From Spirogloea muscicola (lineage: Eukaryota): a stretch of DNA of 64,000 nt. Position numbers and translations under genes: made by a program. The notes under the pieces were generated by a model. It worked only from the letters and a program-made list of their open reading frames with translations. It was not told where the DNA came from and made no database searches. Below are positions 63,510 to 64,000 of the stretch, piece by piece. The stretch's first letter is position 1. Each line of letters opens with the position of its first letter. The stretch covers positions 994,019 through 1,058,018 of the forward strand of contig WELB01000011.1 of the NCBI GenBank assembly GCA_009602725.1, in the 5' to 3' direction.

Positions 63510-64000
63510 GGGGGCGAGGGCTGCGAAAAGCCAGCCCAGAAAGCATGGACAAGGCTCAAATCGCGGCAAGGCTCCAAAAACAAAAACAAAAGCACACATT
63601 AATGCAAGAGACTACAGCGGATAGGAGCTGACATATCCCGGCCCAGCAGCCGCAAGTCGGAGTAAGATGCAGAGACGGGCGCGGTGCGCATGAAATGAGA
63701 GGGTGGTCAGTTTAAGCCCAGTACACGATTCAGGCCAAACGCTAGTGCAATCAGTGGGGCTAGTGAGTAATACAGAGTGAAAATGCGTGTGTTTGAAACA
63801 GACGAAGGCCAAATGGCAAGTACAAAGGCAAGCACATCTTAAGAGCTACATAAGAGCTGCAGCAGATTGACCCGCTCAGTAACCACGGGTCAAAACATAA
63901 AGGTCGCTAAAAGATGCCTGAATACTAGATTTCAAATACAAAGCCCTTCTGCCACCAACTAGAGCTCGCCCAGCTTTCTGGTGCAAAGAGAGAAGACGCG
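63510..64000 (-). mobile_element. Further CRE-like 3' fragments (families A, B, C) on the minus strand
   Basis: Reverse family-A hairpin at 63518-63555, reverse family-B end at 63676-63710, reverse family-C end at 63805-63986 (LHQKAGRALVGG...DLYVLTRGY*). Confidence 0.78.

Overview
Eukaryotic nuclear DNA: intron-rich, gene-dense, with GC-rich gene 5' ends and five N-gaps. It most likely comes from a streptophyte green alga or another early-diverging green plant (inference from plant-type mTERF4, ADNT1, pectin methylesterase, DUF2358 and plastid transit peptides). About 18 spliced protein genes can be reconstructed by eye, mostly in head-to-head pairs: DUF2358 protein, organellar CysRS, ADNT1, two mTERFs, a small plastid membrane protein, CHMP1/VPS46, UBTD-like protein, TrmH, patatin, ZW10, pectin methylesterase, DUF179, PRCC-like protein, class I aldolase, PDI (P5 type) and DUS1. 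The top finding is a gene the ORF track fragments beyond recognition: a 7-exon gene (45503-47234, minus) encoding a transit-peptide-like leader fused to a stand-alone C-terminal domain of LarC, the nickel insertase of the nickel-pincer cofactor pathway. It is divergently paired with an atypical aldolase whose catalytic Glu is encoded by a 6-nt microexon. Intergenic and promoter regions are packed with nested, 5'-truncated copies of several CRE-like (RLE-endonuclease) non-LTR retrotransposon families. These share an L(T/S)RGY-stop terminus, conserved RNA hairpins and T-rich rather than poly(A) ends. One MITE is also present. All exon boundaries and family assignments come from manual reading; no database searches were run.
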